A stretch of DNA of 64,000 nucleotides from Saccostrea cucullata (Eukaryota): positions 434,001 through 498,000 of the forward strand of contig NW_026935574.1 of the NCBI RefSeq assembly GCF_032062105.1. Reading direction: 5' to 3'. Position 1 is the stretch's first letter. Each line of letters begins with the position of its first letter. A program made the translations under genes and the position numbers. Positions 59,399-64,000 of the stretch are shown piece by piece. The notes beneath the pieces were generated by a model, which was not told the origin of the DNA, ran no database searches, and worked only from the letters and a program-made list of their open reading frames with translations.

Positions 59399-62300
59399 AT
59401 GCCAGGGCTGATTGCTTTCAACAGAAGATGGGGAATAGGGTCTGATGATTTCGTCTTTCCAGAACTCCTCGAATTATGTTTGCGTGTAATTTGGTAAAGT
59501 ATTTTTATATTTGATGGTCACACACCAATGCGTCATATCATTTTAGACTACTATCATATTTAACATTATAGATCGTAGGAAATAATTTACTTCTATGGCA
59601 TAATATGTATATGCAGTTCACGAGTAAAAATAAATCTTTAAGATATTGGTATATTTGTCTTAAACTAACCAGGAACTAGGAAGCTGTCATCTCACTTTGA
59701 CCCGTTATTTTTCTAATATGAATGAATTAAGCAGTTAAGTGGCTTATGCACCAATATTTGATTAATATACATGTGCACATGATGTATGTAAGTTATATAG
59801 AATAGAATAGAATAGAACTTATTACCAATCAGGGCCCATTGGGCATAAACATATAACATATATATATATGTTATATGTTTACATATAAACATAATAAAGT
59901 AATAGACAGAATATATAAATAAGTGGCAGTCTCTCAGATTTATACCCACCTTAATTCACAGTAGTACTGTCTCATATTGTATAACAGAAGATTAAAAAAC
60001 AAAGTTAAGACCAGTATTTGAATCAGGAGGCAAAGAACTAAACAAAGCTTTCTAGCCATAGTAAAGAAAATGCCTGACCGACACAATTACACAAACTCTT
60101 TCAATCCCCCTCCCCCTGCCCACCACCCCTCACCTTCCCAAACTATTCTTCTAGCTCCCACCCGGTTACATATGGAGCTATGCAAGTCAAGTGACCATGC
60201 AAGATGTGACAATTAAATAAAAGGACTACAAGTTGGTAGGTTAATTATAGCATAGGTTTGTGTCTTCAGGGGCCAATGACCTTAAGGAGGGATAAATGTG
60301 TTGGTCAGGCAGGTTCAATTACTGGTGACCACATAGCTCAGTTGGTGGAGTCTAGACTGGACGGTTCCAATCCCAGTCTGGTGCGTAGCATTTCTTCCTT
60401 TCCTGTTACACTGCTATAGCAGGTCCTGTACCTAGCCGTTGTTCCAGGACAAGGCGCCAAATGTAATGAGGGAGAGGATGTGACGGACCATAATTTTAAT
60501 CTGGTCCCTTAAGGCCGGTGCTCTACCAGCTGATCTGGTCTGGCCATACTTAGTATAACAATTTTCTGTGTGAAACACACTACGCCTTGTATTTCTTGAT
60601 CTTAGAAGTATATTCTTAATTTTTTTTTGCAGGTTAACGGTGATCGCGATTGTATACAGTGTGCACAGTGATTCCATATACCAATGCAGAGACGGAAATC
60701 TGTTGAAGACCTACTACATTGGTTTCATGGTTCTGCTAAGTGTAGCGATTATAATATGTGCCAGTATAGTTTATGTCAGTACAAGAGGAATTATCATGAT
60801 TGCTGGACCAAGGAAAAATCTTGCCAAATTACTGTATTTAAAACTAGCTGTAGCAGTCCCAGAGATTGTCTGGAACATTCTGGGAACATACTGGTCCTTT
60901 TTACGGTCCAGTAACTGCCAGGAGTTCGTTGTGAAGACCGTCCAGGGGGCGGTACTCACGGGGTGGATCATGGGAGTGTTAGTCATCATAGGAATAATCG
61001 TAGTGTTTGATCCACTAGGAAAACTAAATAAGATAAAACCTAGAGTTTCTGGTGAATTACAAAGCAAAGAATCAACACAGTTTATAGAGGGTGCTATGAG
61101 TGCTGCAAAAAAGGCATGGGAAAAGAGGTAAGGTTTGTTTTCAGATTTGATAGATCACTCACATTTTGTGTAATGCATTTACAAAGGACTAGGAAGGATC
61201 AGGAAATAGTAATTCAAGTTTTAACACTGTAGCTTTGTTACTCACATTTCCTGGTTTCATGAAAATAATTTCAATCATGAAAAGAATGAGTTAACTTTAA
61301 TTTATACTGCTAGTATTAATCTGTCATCATCTTCCCACAACATTTAAACTGTAATTGTTACAAATTAAGGAAAGGATTTACAGTAAAACCTTATTATAAG
61401 GAAGTTGCTTGGACCTCCTTACTTGGCTTCTTAATAAGTTTTTGGAGCAGGTGTCTCAGGTAACTATATAATCCCTACCTGGCTCAAATTTGCATGAAAA
61501 ATACTTCTATGGATGCTCATTGCTGGATCTGACCTCCATTTTCCAGATGAGTTACCAAGTTAAACATTTTGAAGCAGGTTCATTCCCAAGTAACTATAAG
61601 CCCTACCTGAACCAAACTTGCATGGATGATGCATCTAGGGATGGGCACTACCAGACTTGCTTCAGATGCTGGATCTGACCTACATTTTCCATATAGTGAC
61701 CATGTTAAATTTTTAGGAGCAATTCCATTCCCAAGTTACTATACTGAAAGGAAAAAGAAACGCATAATAGCATAATATCGAAATATATTTAACGATATGG
61801 CCGAAAATTATGAAAATTTGTCAAATGTGTATTTTGAATACTGTGCACTAAAATTGCTGGTCAAAATTACTCAACCATGAAATGTATGGCGTCACGTAGG
61901 GTAAATGTTAAAAAGTCAAAAACACGTGCATGTTGATGATGACAATTTTATGATCACATTTTGTGGTGCTAATCGATGCATTGGAGTTATAGACATCGTT
62001 TTCCGCATTTGAAATCAGTATAAATTTCGTGCAATCATGGTATGGCTGACGGAAGTTACACTGGTTCCAGTAATTGAATTGCGTAAGTGAATGAAAAGGC
62101 AACAAGATGTTGCTGTGCAGTTTGTTTTAAACTTTTCAACAAAAAAAGTTTTTTCAGTTGTCAGAGAGTAAATTAAAACGTTTCCAACCAACGATGGCGG
62201 TGACGTTGACGCGTAACAACGTCACATCAAGACAGGGCTTTTCATCATGTCACCTCGGTTGTTGTCAAGGTGTTATCACTGAACCCGATATTTATACAGC

Positions 62301-64000
62301 AAACTAACATACCAATATTTTCACCCTAAAATTGACAGAAATTCTCTGCTCTAATTTGGTCCGCGAGCTTGGCAACTTTTACGTCGATTTTACTCTCACG
62401 CGCGCACGTACGCGTCGTGTGCGTAATGTTTTTAGCATGTTTACACTCGGAAAATGTAAAGTGTTTGTCGAGACTTTTCACAAACATTCACGTGTACCAA
62501 ACCAGCTGGATTCTGTAAATTCTTATTAAATGAAAATTCGTGGCACTCATTTGGCGGGGGGATTTGTTGGCTTTGGAATAATACAGCTTCTATCAACCAT
62601 TAAGACTATTGTCGGAAGCATTGAATAATAATCAAATGAGAAAGATAAATGCTCTGGTGAACTCAATGCACAGGAGAATCAAGGCTGTTACCAATGTGCA
62701 AGGGAGATGATGAGAATTTTTATCTTAATTTTGGGGGTATCGACGTATCAATTTCAATAACTCAGGAATAATCAGTCAAAGTCACACAAGATTTTGGTAA
62801 CTTGTAGATTAAAGATGAATTAAAATGTTTGATAACAATACTGGAAAACATTTTCGAAATAATAGTTTTAATTTAATTTAAAAGTAAAATATGCGTTTCT
62901 TTTTCCTTTCAGTATATAAGCCCTACCTCAACCAAACTTGCATTGATGATGTATCTAGGGATGAACTCTTCTAGACTCACTTTGGATGCTGGATCTGACC
63001 TACATTTTCCATATGAATGCCCTTCTTTAACCTTAAATCTGGTATAGAGTCATATTTCACTCTTCGCGAAAAAGAAAAATCATTAAAGGACATTCGGACA
63101 GACAGTTAAAACAATTTCACAGGACCAAACGAGTTTTCGCCAGTCCAGTTGACCAAAGCTTTTATCATATATTAATCATAACAATGTTTATTTATATTAT
63201 AGGAATCAATAAACAAATAACATATTAAAATATAACTGAAATTTTTCTTTTTTTTCCCTGGTACTGTTTTATCGAAATATTTTTGAAACATCATTGCGGA
63301 AGTAGGTTAATAAAACAATTACGATCGACAAAACATTTTTAATTACCAGGGTATGTGTTTTGGTATTAGTTAAAGCATCTATATGATGAAATGGAAAATA
63401 TAAAATTTAAAACCCAACCAAAACAAACCTTGGACAAACAGACCGATTTTACTATTTAGTACATCGGACTATTAAGATTTTCACCTGTTTTGTCCGACAG
63501 ACCGGTGCTTTTGGGATAGACTGATAATTTAACAATCCTCTTTTCCAGATGCAGACTCTTATGCTGTTGTGTACTGGGTGATGAACAGAGCAAGGATGCT
63601 TTTGATGAAATCAGTCAACTTCTAGCAGATTTCTTCGAGGTTTGATACCTTTTGTTAACTTTGAGTTTATTTCAAATTTTTCTCATATTCTCAAAACATG
63701 GGTAAGTTTGACTGAACATTGATTGTGAGTCAGAGTATTTAAAGTTTATATAATTGTTTTCTTCTTCAAACAGTGTATGAATTTCAAAATATTATACTTA
63801 TTTATATATTATATTATGTTTAAAGTTGAGAAGTACTGTGAGTATATGTGTTATTTTTAGGACCTGGATTTGGTGCCTACTGACATTGCGGCTGGTCTGA
63901 TCTTGGTTCAGAGGGATCAGGAGAAACTCTACAACAGTGGGGGCAGGTCCTACAACACCTTCACAGAACTTCAGACAAGGTCAGAATCAAACAGTTCAGC
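59399..64000 (+). CDS. DAGLB: Diacylglycerol lipase beta-like, 5' part
   Basis: Exons 59399-59493 (MPGLIAFNRRWGIGSDDFVFP), 60633-61127 (TM helices, VFDPLG, WEKR), 63549-63639 (CRLLCCC), and from 63861 (DLDLVPTDIAAGLILV). Beta rather than alpha is a judgement from recalled sequences. Confidence 0.88.
60150..60410 (+). mobile_element. Truncated tRNA-LTR TRIM, same family as 23443
   Basis: First LTR tail ends GTTACA at 60170, PPT AAGGAGGGATAAA, LTR 60297-60410 with TAGCTCAGTTGG. Confidence 0.7.
61742..62914 (+). mobile_element. Deleted Tc1/mariner element
   Basis: 25-bp TIR TACTGAAAGGAAAAAGAAACGCATA, TA TSD, transposase C-terminal relic INALVNSMHRRIKAVTNVQG at about 62645-62705. Confidence 0.85.

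Overview
AT-rich, intron-rich animal genomic DNA, most likely a bivalve (oyster-like), inferred from its repeat families. Seven spliced protein-coding genes were reconstructed by hand: TOM1/TOM1L2 (-, runs off the left edge), DRC3/LRRC48 (+), ATPAF2 (-), GID4 (+), DPF/requiem (+), POLG2 (-) and DAGL-beta (+, runs off the right edge). The first four keep the order and orientation of the human 17p11.2 block. DRC3 has an AT-AC minor-spliceosome intron. The most unusual pattern is seven independent tandem arrays whose unit straddles a real splice junction, so donors or acceptors are copied many times into the intron. Two conserved exons beside such arrays are scrambled, from either assembly collapse or real damage. 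Introns also hold miniature LTR elements with tRNA-like LTRs (one complete, with PBS, PPT and 4-bp TSD), Helitron/Helentron-like satellite-carrying elements, nested MITEs, a Tc1 relic, SINEs and LINE tails. Homology calls are from recalled protein sequences; no searches were run.
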